Of a stretch of 64,000 nucleotides of DNA, positions 1 through 9,228 are shown piece by piece. The notes beneath the pieces were generated by a model that saw nothing but the letters and a program-made list of their open reading frames with translations, searched no databases and had not been told where the DNA came from. Each line of letters begins with the position of its first letter. Position 1 is the first letter of the stretch. The position numbers and the translations under genes were made by a program. The DNA is from Nitrosopumilaceae archaeon (GTDB taxonomy: Archaea > Thermoproteota > Nitrososphaeria > Nitrososphaerales > Nitrosopumilaceae). The stretch is from assembly GCA_965214835.1 (NCBI GenBank), contig CBDCCK010000002.1, forward strand, positions 2,528,001-2,592,000. The letters run 5' to 3'.

Positions 1-419
1 ACACTTACTCCCATCCATATATGCGGGGGTATTTTTTCTCCAAAATATTCACGAAATAGTTTTGAGAATTCAACCATGGTGCCAGAACGTTTTGTCAACA
101 CTTGGTAAAAATGACGATCGGCTCTGAGCATGGTGTGAAAACATCTGCCAATGTACTCCATTCTAGAGCTTTCATGAAACAAATCCGACATGCTGTTTAC
201 AAAGACCTTCTTGCTTTTTTTCCAAGTCAACGGCAGTTCTAAATCATCTGGTTGCTCTGTAAATTCAAAATTGTTTTTGTATTTTTTCACTCCCATTGCT
301 TTTAGTCTATTTGAAAGTTTTTCGGCATAGCAATTAGCACACCCGGGAGATATCTTAGTGCAGCCTGTTGTTGGATTCCAGGTTGCTTCCGTCCATTCAA
401 TGGCGGAATTATTTGCCAT
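1..419 (-). CDS. DUF5131 (phage Gp37/Gp68-like, three-Cys motif) protein, runs off window start
   Basis: Manual translation from ATG at 419: MANNSAIEWTEATWNPTTGCTKISPGCANCYAEKLS...VFVNSMSDLFHE, the typical DUF5131 N-terminus. Confidence 0.9.
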   Translation of the reverse strand, partial: MANNSAIEWTEATWNPTTGCTKISPGCANCYAEKLSNRLKAMGVKKYKNNFEFTEQPDDLELPLTWKKSKKVFVNSMSDLFHESSRMEYIGRCFHTMLRADRHFYQVLTKRSGTMVEFSKLFREYFGEKIPPHIWMGVS

Positions 420-780
420 GTCTCTATCAGATCTACACCATGCTAAAAGTATTCATTTTGTATGTTGTGTCAGTTCTTGACTATGGGTACACAAACCTTG
501 CATCATAGCAATAAATAGAAATTTAAAAAATTAATATTGTTGAGTTGTCAGGAGGTATTGCTTGTCAAACAAATTTTCTATAACTGACAGTATCAAGAGG
601 GCAAGAGCAAGTTTTGCACATATTCATGACGATGGCTTAGAAAAATCAATCGGCGATATTTGGTCTATTAAGAAATTTCTTTTGCTTGACTATTACATGC
701 CTGTTTTCATATGTATCGTACGTTGATCTGGACCCCGTATTTTCGAACCACTTTTTGGGCATTTTTGCGTAGCTCTGACA

Positions 781-1617
781 TCATTTGCCTGCCTCCCTTT
801 GGTGCCGTACGATGAACTCCATCGGAGTGAGATATCCAAGCGAGGAGTGTATTCTATCGTGATTATAGTCCCTAAATGCCTCCTTTATGACGTCTGAGGC
901 GTCCTGGAAGGAGTCAAACTCATGGGGCCACAGGTATTCCCTCTTGATGCTTCCGTGAAACGACTCTATGTGGCCGTTTTGCTCTGGCGTCCTGTATGCT
1001 ATGAGCTCGTGCCTGATTCCCAGCTGTTTTAGGGACTCCCTGAACATACGCGATGTATACTGAGAACCGTTGTCTGTTCGCAGGGTCAGCATGCTGCAGT
1101 CCGGATCTGCTGCCGATACCGCATCGAGTACGGCCTGAATCGCATTCTCCTTTTGCGCCGTGGTATCAAAGGAGTATGCAAGCCATCTGCGCGAAAAGGC
1201 ATCAAGTACGTTGAAACAGTAGCACCAGCCGTCCCCGCCGCAGTCCACGTATGTAATGTCTGCCTGCCACAGCCGGTTGGGGGCATCTGGCTTTGTAAGC
1301 TTGCGCGAGGCCCGTATTATGTCGTTTTTGGTCTTTTTGGGCTCGATCCAGCCTATCTGGCGGTAGATTCGCTGTATCTTTTTGCGGTTTACGCGCACGC
1401 CAGTCTCGCGCAATATCTGGTTTGCCATCCTCCGGGTTCCATACGTCGGCCTTTTCTTGCCTATGGTACGTATGATTGAGACCGTCCCAGAGTCGGCTTT
1501 TCTGGTCCGTCTGTCGACGTCCTTCCTGGCGTAATACCAGATGCCCTTTGAGACGCCGCAGTATTTCAGGGCCGTGTTGAGGCCCATCTTCTGGTGGCAG
1601 ATCTGTACGGCATTCAT
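781..1617 (-). CDS. IS3 transposase OrfB (rve integrase core)
   Basis: WQADITY, TDNGSQY, PEQNGHIESFH motifs. Confidence 0.92.
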   Translation of the reverse strand: MNAVQICHQKMGLNTALKYCGVSKGIWYYARKDVDRRTRKADSGTVSIIRTIGKKRPTYGTRRMANQILRETGVRVNRKKIQRIYRQIGWIEPKKTKNDIIRASRKLTKPDAPNRLWQADITYVDCGGDGWCYCFNVLDAFSRRWLAYSFDTTAQKENAIQAVLDAVSAADPDCSMLTLRTDNGSQYTSRMFRESLKQLGIRHELIAYRTPEQNGHIESFHGSIKREYLWPHEFDSFQDASDVIKEAFRDYNHDRIHSSLGYLTPMEFIVRHQREAGK

Positions 1618-1901
1618 CCTTTGCTCAGCTCCATTGTTTTTTTTAAAGCGTCACAGGCCACTGCATACTCGCCTATGATGCGTTTGAGATTCTGGTTCTC
1701 CTTTTGCAGGGCAGCCGCTACCTTGTCATTCCGGCCCAGGATGGATGCCTTGCCGCCCTCGACGAACCTGTCCATCCACCTGCCAAACGTGGTGGGCGCG
1801 ATGTTGTGCTTGCGGCACAGCTCGGCAGTGCTGATGCTGGTCTTGATGGACTCCATCACTATGTCTGTCTTTTCGGCCAATGTGAACTTTTGTTTTTTCA
1901 T
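1614..1901 (-). CDS. IS3 transposase OrfA (HTH)
   Basis: MKKQKFTLAEK...AELCRKHNI; ATGA overlap with orfB and A-run slippery site. Confidence 0.88.
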   Translation of the reverse strand: MKKQKFTLAEKTDIVMESIKTSISTAELCRKHNIAPTTFGRWMDRFVEGGKASILGRNDKVAAALQKENQNLKRIIGEYAVACDALKKTMELSKG

Positions 1902-2785
1902 GCCCCGTATGCCCTCCCGTCATATACAAATTCTACGCATTTGGGTGGTTCGAATTTTATGGGGTCCTCACCAACGTAAAAACAATTTCAAGAAATTTTA
2001 TTATGCAGATCCTTTTTGTGGCTCTGGAAAGTTTGCAAATTTTAAGGATCTTAGTTTGAAAAAGGAATCTTTTCCAGGATCTGCATTAATTGGAGCACTA
2101 AATGCATCATCACTGGGTTATACAGACTGTGTTTTTTCAGATATCAAGTCAGATTATGTTAATTCGCTTAATGCTCGCTTGGAGAGCAGTAAGTCTATTC
2201 TAAGTGGAGTTTCCTATAAGGCAAACGCTATGGATTTTGAAAATGCTGTAAAGAAAATTCTAGCACTAAGAAAATATCAAGTTGCAATTCTTGTTTTGAT
2301 AGATCCTGCTGCATATGTACCGATTAAATGGCAATTTATGGAAAAGTTAGCCAGAGAGATTGGCATAGATATAATCCTTAATTTTTATACCCACAGAATA
2401 GCACAAAATGTTTCTGCTACAAGGAAAAACAAGAGGGGCGAAAAGAATCTCAATGAATTTTTTGGTGATGACTCTTGGAAGAAAATCAGAGACGGTCCCA
2501 GAGTATCGTCTTTGGGAGAAAAATTGTTAGATCGTTACTTGGAAAAACTTCGTACAACATCTAAGAAAAACGTAATTGATATTGGAGTGTACAAAGAAGG
2601 TGCTCGCAAACTATATGACTTGATTGTCGTTACGCGTAGCAAAGCAGGTGCAAAAGTAGTAACGGATGCAAAAGAAGTAATGAGAAATGCCACAACCGAA
2701 GCTATAAAACGCGAATTTAAAACTCAGATCACATCACAGAAAAGACTTTTTTAAATATCAAAAGATTTTGTATGAATAACATAAT

Positions 2786-2865
2786 AGACCTTATGCGTAA
2801 TCGACCTGAATGAGATGAATTTGTTCCTAATAATCCCGGATCTGAACCGATTACGCATAAAGTCT
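2786..2865. mobile_element. 80-bp MITE (family A) with AGACCTTATGCG...CGCATAAAGTCT ends
   Basis: Terminal IRs match the IS at 12259-13976; flanked by AAT on both sides; interior is the reverse complement of 48829-48906. Confidence 0.85.
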
Positions 2866-3776
2866 AATGTCTTGACCCTGCGTATGCCATTCTCCACGTA
2901 CACCCGTATCTTTGAGTGTGTTCTGTTGTACTCTTTTTCATCGTCGGTCAGCTTGCCGCCAGGACTCTTCTTGATTGGAAGTATAACCTTCGTCCCTGCA
3001 TCGATGTGCTGCGCACCCTGGTATCCGCGATCCATATAGTGCCGCAGCTCCTCGCCGTCCTCCTCACCGCTCCAGAACGTGGGATGCTTCATCCGGTATA
3101 TCTTGACGTCGTTTACGCGCCCCGGCGAGTGCGGGGTCTTGTGCACTATGGCACCGTGTATGTTGACCGTATACTGGACCTTGGCCGTGTGCGTGCCTGC
3201 CTTGCCCGAATAGTGCGACTTTTCCATGTCCTTTCTCTTGGGCCTGTTTGTGGGCTGCTCGGAGGCGTCAGTCAGGCACACCATCCCCGGGAAGATCTCG
3301 GCCAGCTCCTCGACTGAGGAGATCCTCTTGGAGTCCTTGTAGATCTTCTCGGGGATCGGCAGGCATTGTTTTAGCAGGGGCTCAGTCAGGCTTATGGAGC
3401 GCGAGACCGACGCCTGTCCTATACCGAACATGGCGCCAGCCACGTCCTGGGAGACGTACGTCCTGTAGTAGAACAAGACCAGCAGTACGCGGTTCCTCAG
3501 ATCCAGGGCAAAGGGCCTGCCTGCGCCTATATCCCGCACACGGTCGGGCCTTGAGAGCCTCTTCTTCTCGGTATCTGGAAATTTCTTTTGCACCTCGGTA
3601 CACAGCTGGTCAAACTCTGCCTCGGTCATTCCTGCAAACATCCGGAACGTCCGTGGGTTTTTTGTCAGTCTATCGATCAAACACATGATTTGTACATGGT
3701 TTTACAGGTATTTTGATCCGTCAGGCATAGATTAGTGCCCAAGTGGGTCAAAATCTGCTAATTAAGAATCGCTTCT
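2866..3776 (-). mobile_element. IS5-family (DDE_Tnp_4-type) element, 3'-truncated copy of 41214-42298
   Basis: Near-identical to ORF 41304-42239 up to RRVKT, then replaced by the MITE; one IR retained at ~3760-3776. Confidence 0.9.
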
Positions 3777-3902
3777 CTGTGCTCGGCACCATATGATCCC
3801 GCGGCGGTCTCGAGTTTCCAAGGCTTGTAACCCCGGCGGGTGTGAGCCGTCCCCGCACTGAACTCTGCCCAGAAAGAGCCGGATTTCTGCGAGACGCCCA
3901 GC

Positions 3903-4082
3903 TCACTTTTTTCTAACGGTGGCAAGCCACATGTTTTTAATTTTATCAAGCTTCCAAATGATCACATCCCCCTCACTAAGATCCATTTGCTCAACTATGT
4001 GCATGGGCACGGTTGTTCTAAGCGACCTGCTTTTTGACACGGCTAGCGACAATGCAGATTCATTCACTCCGAGCCTTGCCAT
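3903..4082 (-). CDS. AbrB/MazE-like small DNA-binding protein (59 aa)
   Basis: Manual translation MARLGVNESALSLAVSKSRSLRTTVPMHIVEQMDLSEGDVIIWKLDKIKNMWLATVRKK*; SLRTTVP...L.EGD pattern. Confidence 0.7.
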   Translation of the reverse strand: MARLGVNESALSLAVSKSRSLRTTVPMHIVEQMDLSEGDVIIWKLDKIKNMWLATVRKK

Positions 4083-4301
4083 ATAGGTAAACTAACTGGA
4101 TATTATATCAGCTTACCTGCGGCATGGATTGCCAAACCATTTACCTATATTTATATAGGGCCGCCTGTTTGCCTGTACCGTGAAAGGGTTGGCGGGCAAG
4201 GCAGGTCACCATGCTGATGATATGACCTTCCATGGAACTTGCCGGCTCGAATCCCGCACGCCTGTCTTTGGGGGTTCTGCCTAATGGGTGCAAGGCAGGA
4301 C

Positions 4302-5405
4302 ATGGGAAGAAGGATTTCAGAAGGGCAGGGACAGGTTGCAAGACTTGATGATGCGCATTATACCGTAAAATCCCAGTCCAGAGAAATACGGCACGACGTT
4401 GTTGCCGCCGGGTTCGACTGGACATGCTCCTGTGAGGATTACCGGTTCAGAAACGCGTGCTGCAAGCACATCCATGCCGTAGGAATCGGCCTGCAGCTTG
4501 GAAAGAACGCCCCGGATGGCGTCGTCATACCGGAGATGACCGGCAAGGCGTGCAGGCACTGCAAGTCGGACAGGACGGTGAGGGCCGGAGTCAGGCACAA
4601 CAGGAGCGGCGACGTCCAGAGGCTTTTGTGCCGCGACTGCAACAGGAAATTCTCAATCAACCTCGGCTTTGAGGGAATGAGGGCCACCCCGGAACAGATC
4701 ACGATGGCCATGAACCTGTACTTCAACGGCGAGTCGACCAGGAAGGTTGCCCAGTCGCTGAGGCTTGCCGGCATCAGCGTCTCAAACGTCACCATACACA
4801 ACTGGAACAGGAAATACGTCGAGCTGATGGACAGATACGTCGATAGGATCAGCCCACGGGTCGGCGAGAGCTGGAGGACAGACGAGCTGTACCTCAGGAT
4901 CAGGGGAGACCGAAAATACCTCTTTGCCATGCTGGATTCAGAAACCCGGTTCTGGCTGTCCCAGATGGTGTCGGCGCACAAGGGAAGCGATGATGTGGCG
5001 CCGATGTTCCGGGAAGCAGAAAAGAGGGCCAGCAAGGTTCCATCAACCCTGATCTCCGACGGGGCTGCAAACTTTCACCACGCGTGGAGGAAGCAGTACC
5101 GATCCAGGAACTTCCTGCACAAGGACACCGAACACCACAGGCACATCCACATCTCAGGCGACCTGAGCAACAACCAGATGGAGTCGTTTAACGGCAACAC
5201 GCTGAGGGCAAGGGAGAAGGTGATCAGGGGAATAAAGAAGGACGGCTCTGCAATACTCAAGGGGATGCAGATCCACCACAACTATATCCGGCCACACCAG
5301 GGACTTGACGGGGATACCCCTGCCGGACGGGCAGGAATCAGGATATTGGGCAGCAACAAGTGGAAGACCATAATTCAGAATGCCGCCTCATGCCCCGACT
5401 CTTAA
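4302..5405 (+). CDS. IS6-family (IS240-like DDE) transposase with N-terminal SWIM and Zn-ribbon
   Basis: WTCSCEDY...CKH (SWIM), CRHC...CRDC, WRTDELY, LISDGA, NNQMES; start uncertain. Confidence 0.85.
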   Translation: MGRRISEGQGQVARLDDAHYTVKSQSREIRHDVVAAGFDWTCSCEDYRFRNACCKHIHAVGIGLQLGKNAPDGVVIPEMTGKACRHCKSDRTVRAGVRHNRSGDVQRLLCRDCNRKFSINLGFEGMRATPEQITMAMNLYFNGESTRKVAQSLRLAGISVSNVTIHNWNRKYVELMDRYVDRISPRVGESWRTDELYLRIRGDRKYLFAMLDSETRFWLSQMVSAHKGSDDVAPMFREAEKRASKVPSTLISDGAANFHHAWRKQYRSRNFLHKDTEHHRHIHISGDLSNNQMESFNGNTLRAREKVIRGIKKDGSAILKGMQIHHNYIRPHQGLDGDTPAGRAGIRILGSNKWKTIIQNAASCPDS

Positions 5406-5494
5406 CAGGAAGAGCCATATCCCGACAACTTAACAGTCCCCGCCGCCATACAAACTTAAATGTGGCGTTTGAGCAAACCATCCTAGGATCGAAA

Positions 5495-5773
5495 TTGAAA
5501 AAAAACAAGCTTACCTTTGCCGTAAGAAAGGAGGAAAAATGGCTCACGGCACAGTGCATAGAGTTTCCCTCGGTGGCAACCCAGGGCCGGAACCACAAGG
5601 AGCTCATGGCCATGATCAGCGACGCTGTAGACGGATATTTCAGTGCTTTTCCAGAGGAAAAGGAAAGGCTAGAAAGCTTGGAAAAGGCCAAAGTGATAGA
5701 GATTACCATCTCAGTAGTTCCTCGATGTACTTTTGCAGGCACGATAATTACGCAATTTGCCGAGATTTTTTGA
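5495..5773 (+). CDS. HicB-family antitoxin, C-terminus altered by ISH3 insertion
   Basis: WLTAQCIEFPSVATQGRNHKELMAMISDAV; native stop (ATC TAG) displaced by the IS. Confidence 0.75.
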   Translation: MKKNKLTFAVRKEEKWLTAQCIEFPSVATQGRNHKELMAMISDAVDGYFSAFPEEKERLESLEKAKVIEITISVVPRCTFAGTIITQFAEIF

Positions 5774-7127
5774 CCATCATACTATAGATCAGGCGGTGTG
5801 CCAACCATCATCATGATACCAACACAAAACGACGTGTTTGCACACCAGTTTGACATAACATCGAGACAGTTTAAAACATTGCGACGGCGGTTTCCCAAGC
5901 TCGGGCTGGCCGTCTCAAAGAGTCGCAACGCAGTGTATGACCACATCGACGCACTGCGCGTTCTATATTTCATGTCTGAGAGGAGGATGTTTGCAGAATC
6001 TGCCGTGACGCACCTTCGCAGGCGGGCCTCAAAATGCAGCAGGCAGCAGCATGACGACGGGGCTGCCTCCAAGGGCGGCGCGTATAGTTGCCGTACGCCT
6101 AGTCCGGACTGGATCCTAAAGGCGATCCGGGGCGTCAGCCTGGATGATGCGCAAAAGTGGTGCAGCTCCATGCTGCAGCATACGGTAAGGTGCGCCCGCA
6201 GGTCAGGCATGCTGCACAACACGGACGTCGTGGCAGTGGACGTTACCGACGTGGAATACTATGGCAAGGGCCTGGAGGATATCGCCAGAAAGTCAAAGCC
6301 CAAGAACGGCACGTCGACGTTTCTCTCGCACATTACCATGCACGGAATAGGATCAGATGACGGGTCTGACCTCGTGCTTTCCTCGCTGCAGCTTCCAAAA
6401 GAGGCAAAACTGGCCGATTTCGTGCCTAAAATGATCCGCAAGGCGTCCAGATCAGGGATGAGGATCAAGACGTTCCTGTATGACCGCGGGTTCTTTAACG
6501 TGGACTGCATGAGGGCTGCAGAAACAAGCACGGGCAGCTACATCATGCCTGCCGTCAAGAACAGGAGGATAGTGGCGGCAATAGAGGAGCATGACCGCGG
6601 AGAACGCGGTGCGGTATCAAAATATACAATGACCAACAAGGACGGCAAGAGCGCCACATTCAGGCTAGTCATTGTGGAAAAGGACGAGGTAGAAAAGGAC
6701 GGCACGGCAGCAGCAAAGAAGGACAAGGCAGAAGAGACCATAGCCGACAGGTATCTGGTCTTTGCCACCAACATGTCTGCTAAAAGTGCAGAGGCAGTCA
6801 TTGAGCAGATACCGGAGGAGTACCGCAGTCGGTGGGGAATCGAGACCGGGTTCAGGGTGATCAAGGGGATAATGGGCAAGACGTGCAGCAATTCCCCGGT
6901 CGTCAGGCTGCTGCTGTTCTATATGTCTGTCATACTGTACAACCTGTGGAGGACTGCCGTGTTCATAGACGTGGAATCCAAGTGGGACGGATTTGCAGGA
7001 GGGAAGGGGTTTACCATGATGCTGTTTGTCGCGTGCATTGTCGATGCGGCCGACTCGTTTGTAAACGATCGCGGAAAGTAGCGGAGGTGCCGTGTCGGGT
7101 CTGCAAAAGTACATCTAGGAAGTACTG
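5712..7127 (+). mobile_element. ISH3/IS4-like insertion sequence
   Basis: IRs CAGTAGTTCCTCGATGTACTTTTGCAG / CAGTACTTCCTAGATGTACTTTTGCAG; ATCT duplication. Confidence 0.88.
5798..7081 (+). CDS. ISH3-family DDE transposase
   Basis: VAVDVT, LYDRGFF, YRSRWGIETGFR motifs. Confidence 0.88.
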   Translation: MPTIIMIPTQNDVFAHQFDITSRQFKTLRRRFPKLGLAVSKSRNAVYDHIDALRVLYFMSERRMFAESAVTHLRRRASKCSRQQHDDGAASKGGAYSCRTPSPDWILKAIRGVSLDDAQKWCSSMLQHTVRCARRSGMLHNTDVVAVDVTDVEYYGKGLEDIARKSKPKNGTSTFLSHITMHGIGSDDGSDLVLSSLQLPKEAKLADFVPKMIRKASRSGMRIKTFLYDRGFFNVDCMRAAETSTGSYIMPAVKNRRIVAAIEEHDRGERGAVSKYTMTNKDGKSATFRLVIVEKDEVEKDGTAAAKKDKAEETIADRYLVFATNMSAKSAEAVIEQIPEEYRSRWGIETGFRVIKGIMGKTCSNSPVVRLLLFYMSVILYNLWRTAVFIDVESKWDGFAGGKGFTMMLFVACIVDAADSFVNDRGK

Positions 7128-7195
7128 ATCTAGCAAACTTCCTGTCCTGTCATGGAGGGATGTCATGAAGATCCTGAGAAGATCTGGCTTTTTCC
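7128..7195 (+). pseudogene. HicA toxin N-terminal remnant
   Basis: SKLPVLSWRDVMKILRRSGF follows hicB in the reconstructed empty site; truncated by the repeat at 7196. Confidence 0.65.
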
Positions 7196-7306
7196 GTAAC
7201 AGGTCAGGCTCTGGAAGCTGCTCCTGATTTTAGGCATGAATTCTGTCTGAGCGGCCCTTTTTGGTGGCAAAATTTGTGCCTGAACTTCCAGAACCCGACC
7301 TGTTAC
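7196..7306. repeat. ~110-bp palindromic MITE-like repeat (family C)
   Basis: GTAACAGGTCAGGCTCTGGAAG...CTTCCAGAACCCGACCTGTTAC; related copies at ~35253-35360 and ~46923-47035. Confidence 0.75.
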
Positions 7307-7642
7307 CTGCGAAGGGCTCTGGTGGTAAAATTCACGCCTGAGATCCGAGCCCGAACTGTCACCTGCATCGCGATTTTCACTGTGGCCTCGGCCAGCTGTT
7401 CGATAAGCCCGGTTATTGCCCGATCCCTGCCTGCGATGGTCTTACCCTTCATGCCGGACTCTGACGCGGGCCAGCTCGTTGCACAGCATCTTGGTCTCTG
7501 AATTAGGCAATGAGCATGGGCGTGGTCTGGGTGCACAGGGATCGAGTGGTGATCAAAAACTGGCCCTGTGCCCAACCCGGCCGATTACTGGGAGGACATG
7601 TCAAAAAATTAAATACGCCAGAGTACGGCATGAATCTGTCTT

Positions 7643-8953
7643 ATGATTGGAACAGAGCTAGGTGATCTTAGAAGGACGCACTATTCAAGCGGGCTGAACC
7701 CCTCCCTTGAGGGCCAGGACGTCACCGTAATGGGGTGGGTCTTGAGTGTGAGGGGCCATGGAAACATCTCGTTTCTCAACATCAGGGACAAAGACGGACA
7801 AGTCCAGGTCGTTGCAAAAAAGGGGGCATGTCCGGATGACGTGCGTGAAAAAATCTCAAGGCTAAAGGCGCACTCGGCAGTCAGCATCACCGGCAGGGTA
7901 CAGGCATCCGAAAAGGCCCCGGGCGGCATCGAGTTGTCACCCGAAGAGCTGAGGGTGTTCTCCGAGGTGGTCAAGATCCCCCCGTTTGAACCCCAAGCAA
8001 GGACCGTAAAGAACATCGATACGCGCCTGGAGGTCAGGCCGATTGATCTCCGCAGGCAGGCGCTGCGGCACATCTTCAATGCAAGAAGCATGGTACTAAA
8101 ATCAATACGGGACTATTTCTACGGCAGCGCCTTTATCGAGATCAACACACCGAAGATTATCTCCAGTGCGACCGAGGGCGGCGCGGCGCTGTTCCCGATA
8201 TTTTATTACAACAAGCAGGCCTTCCTGGCCCAGAGCCCGCAGCTGTACAAGGAGGAGCTGACGATGAGCTTTGAGAAGGTGTTTGAGATAGCCCCGATAT
8301 TTCGGGCAGAACCGTCCAGAACCAACCGGCACCTGGCCGAGGCGATCTCAATCGACATGGAGGAGGCATTTGTGGACTATAATGACATCATGGACAGGAT
8401 CGAGGAGATCATCTGCACTGCGGCAAAATCGGTGTCTGACTATGTCAGGGATAACGCCGATGCGGAGTTTGTGGTGCCATCAGCTCAAGAGTCCATTCCA
8501 AGATACCCGTATGCGGATCTGGTGGACAGGATGCAAAAGGCAGGCGTCAATACGGAGTTCGGCGATGATCTGTACCCGTCAGGCCTGAAAAAGATCGGCC
8601 TTGAGGGGTTTTACTTTATCAAGGACTGGCCCCGGGGACCAAAGCCGTTTTATGTCAAGGCAAGCGCGTCTGATGCAAGGATCTCCGAGTCCTTTGATCT
8701 GATGTTCGGCGACCTCGAGCTGTCCTCTGGCAGCACCAGGATTGAAAAGCGAGACGAGCTGGAGGAGAGGATGAAAAACAAGGGCATGAAGACGGACATG
8801 TTTGGGTATCACTTTGGTGCGTTTGATTATGGCGTTCCACCCCATGCAGGTTGCGGAATCGGCCTGGAGCGCCTCATGATGGCCCTGACGGGCACGGAAA
8901 ACATACGCGACGTGACGTTTTATCCAAGGGACGTGGACAGACTGGTGCCATAG
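7643..8953 (+). CDS. aspS: Aspartate-tRNA(Asp/Asn) ligase, non-discriminating
   Basis: OB-fold N-terminus, LAQSPQLYK, FRAE, PPHAGCGIGLERL; operon with gatCAB. Confidence 0.96.
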   Translation: MIGTELGDLRRTHYSSGLNPSLEGQDVTVMGWVLSVRGHGNISFLNIRDKDGQVQVVAKKGACPDDVREKISRLKAHSAVSITGRVQASEKAPGGIELSPEELRVFSEVVKIPPFEPQARTVKNIDTRLEVRPIDLRRQALRHIFNARSMVLKSIRDYFYGSAFIEINTPKIISSATEGGAALFPIFYYNKQAFLAQSPQLYKEELTMSFEKVFEIAPIFRAEPSRTNRHLAEAISIDMEEAFVDYNDIMDRIEEIICTAAKSVSDYVRDNADAEFVVPSAQESIPRYPYADLVDRMQKAGVNTEFGDDLYPSGLKKIGLEGFYFIKDWPRGPKPFYVKASASDARISESFDLMFGDLELSSGSTRIEKRDELEERMKNKGMKTDMFGYHFGAFDYGVPPHAGCGIGLERLMMALTGTENIRDVTFYPRDVDRLVP

Positions 8954-8961
8954 GTGAGATA

Positions 8962-9228
8962 ATGGTTTCCAGAGAGGAGATAGAGAAGGTGGCCGGGCTG
9001 ATGAGGATCGAGCTGTCCGATCACTCTGATCATATCGAGCGCGTTCAAAAGATGCTGGCATACTTTGACATCCTGGACAAGGCCGGGGTGGAAGACCAGG
9101 AGATCACCGGGCAGGAGCTGGCCGTTGACCGGCTGCGCGGGGACGAGCATGTTGAGTATCCTGACAGGCTGATTGAGAAAATCAACAACTACAAGGGAAC
9201 CTTTGTCAGAGCACCCAAGATGATGTGA
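8962..9228 (+). CDS. gatC: Asp/Glu-tRNA amidotransferase subunit C
   Basis: MVSREEIEKVAGLMRIEL...LRGD...VRAPKM, between aspS and gatA. Confidence 0.88.
   Translation: MVSREEIEKVAGLMRIELSDHSDHIERVQKMLAYFDILDKAGVEDQEITGQELAVDRLRGDEHVEYPDRLIEKINNYKGTFVRAPKMM

Larger units (their letters stand above)
724..1973 (-). mobile_element. IS3-family insertion sequence
   Basis: TG...CA ends, imperfect IRs TGATCTGGACCCCGTATTTTCGAACCAC / TGGTGAGGACCCCATAAAATTCGAACCAC, 4-bp target duplication ACGT (720-723, 1974-1977). Confidence 0.92.
562..2754 (+). pseudogene. tcmP: Three-Cys-motif partner protein (TcmP-like), split by IS3 insertion
   Basis: 562-723 (LSNKF...DDGLEKSIGDIWSIKKFLLLDYY...IVR) joins in frame to 1978-2754 (KNNFKKFYYADPFCGSG...LIDP) once the IS and one ACGT copy are removed; divergent from DUF5131. 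Confidence 0.8.

Noticed and set aside
1594-2754. 386-aa ORF as a single gene
   Set aside because: Chimera of IS3 antisense sequence and the 3' part of tcmP
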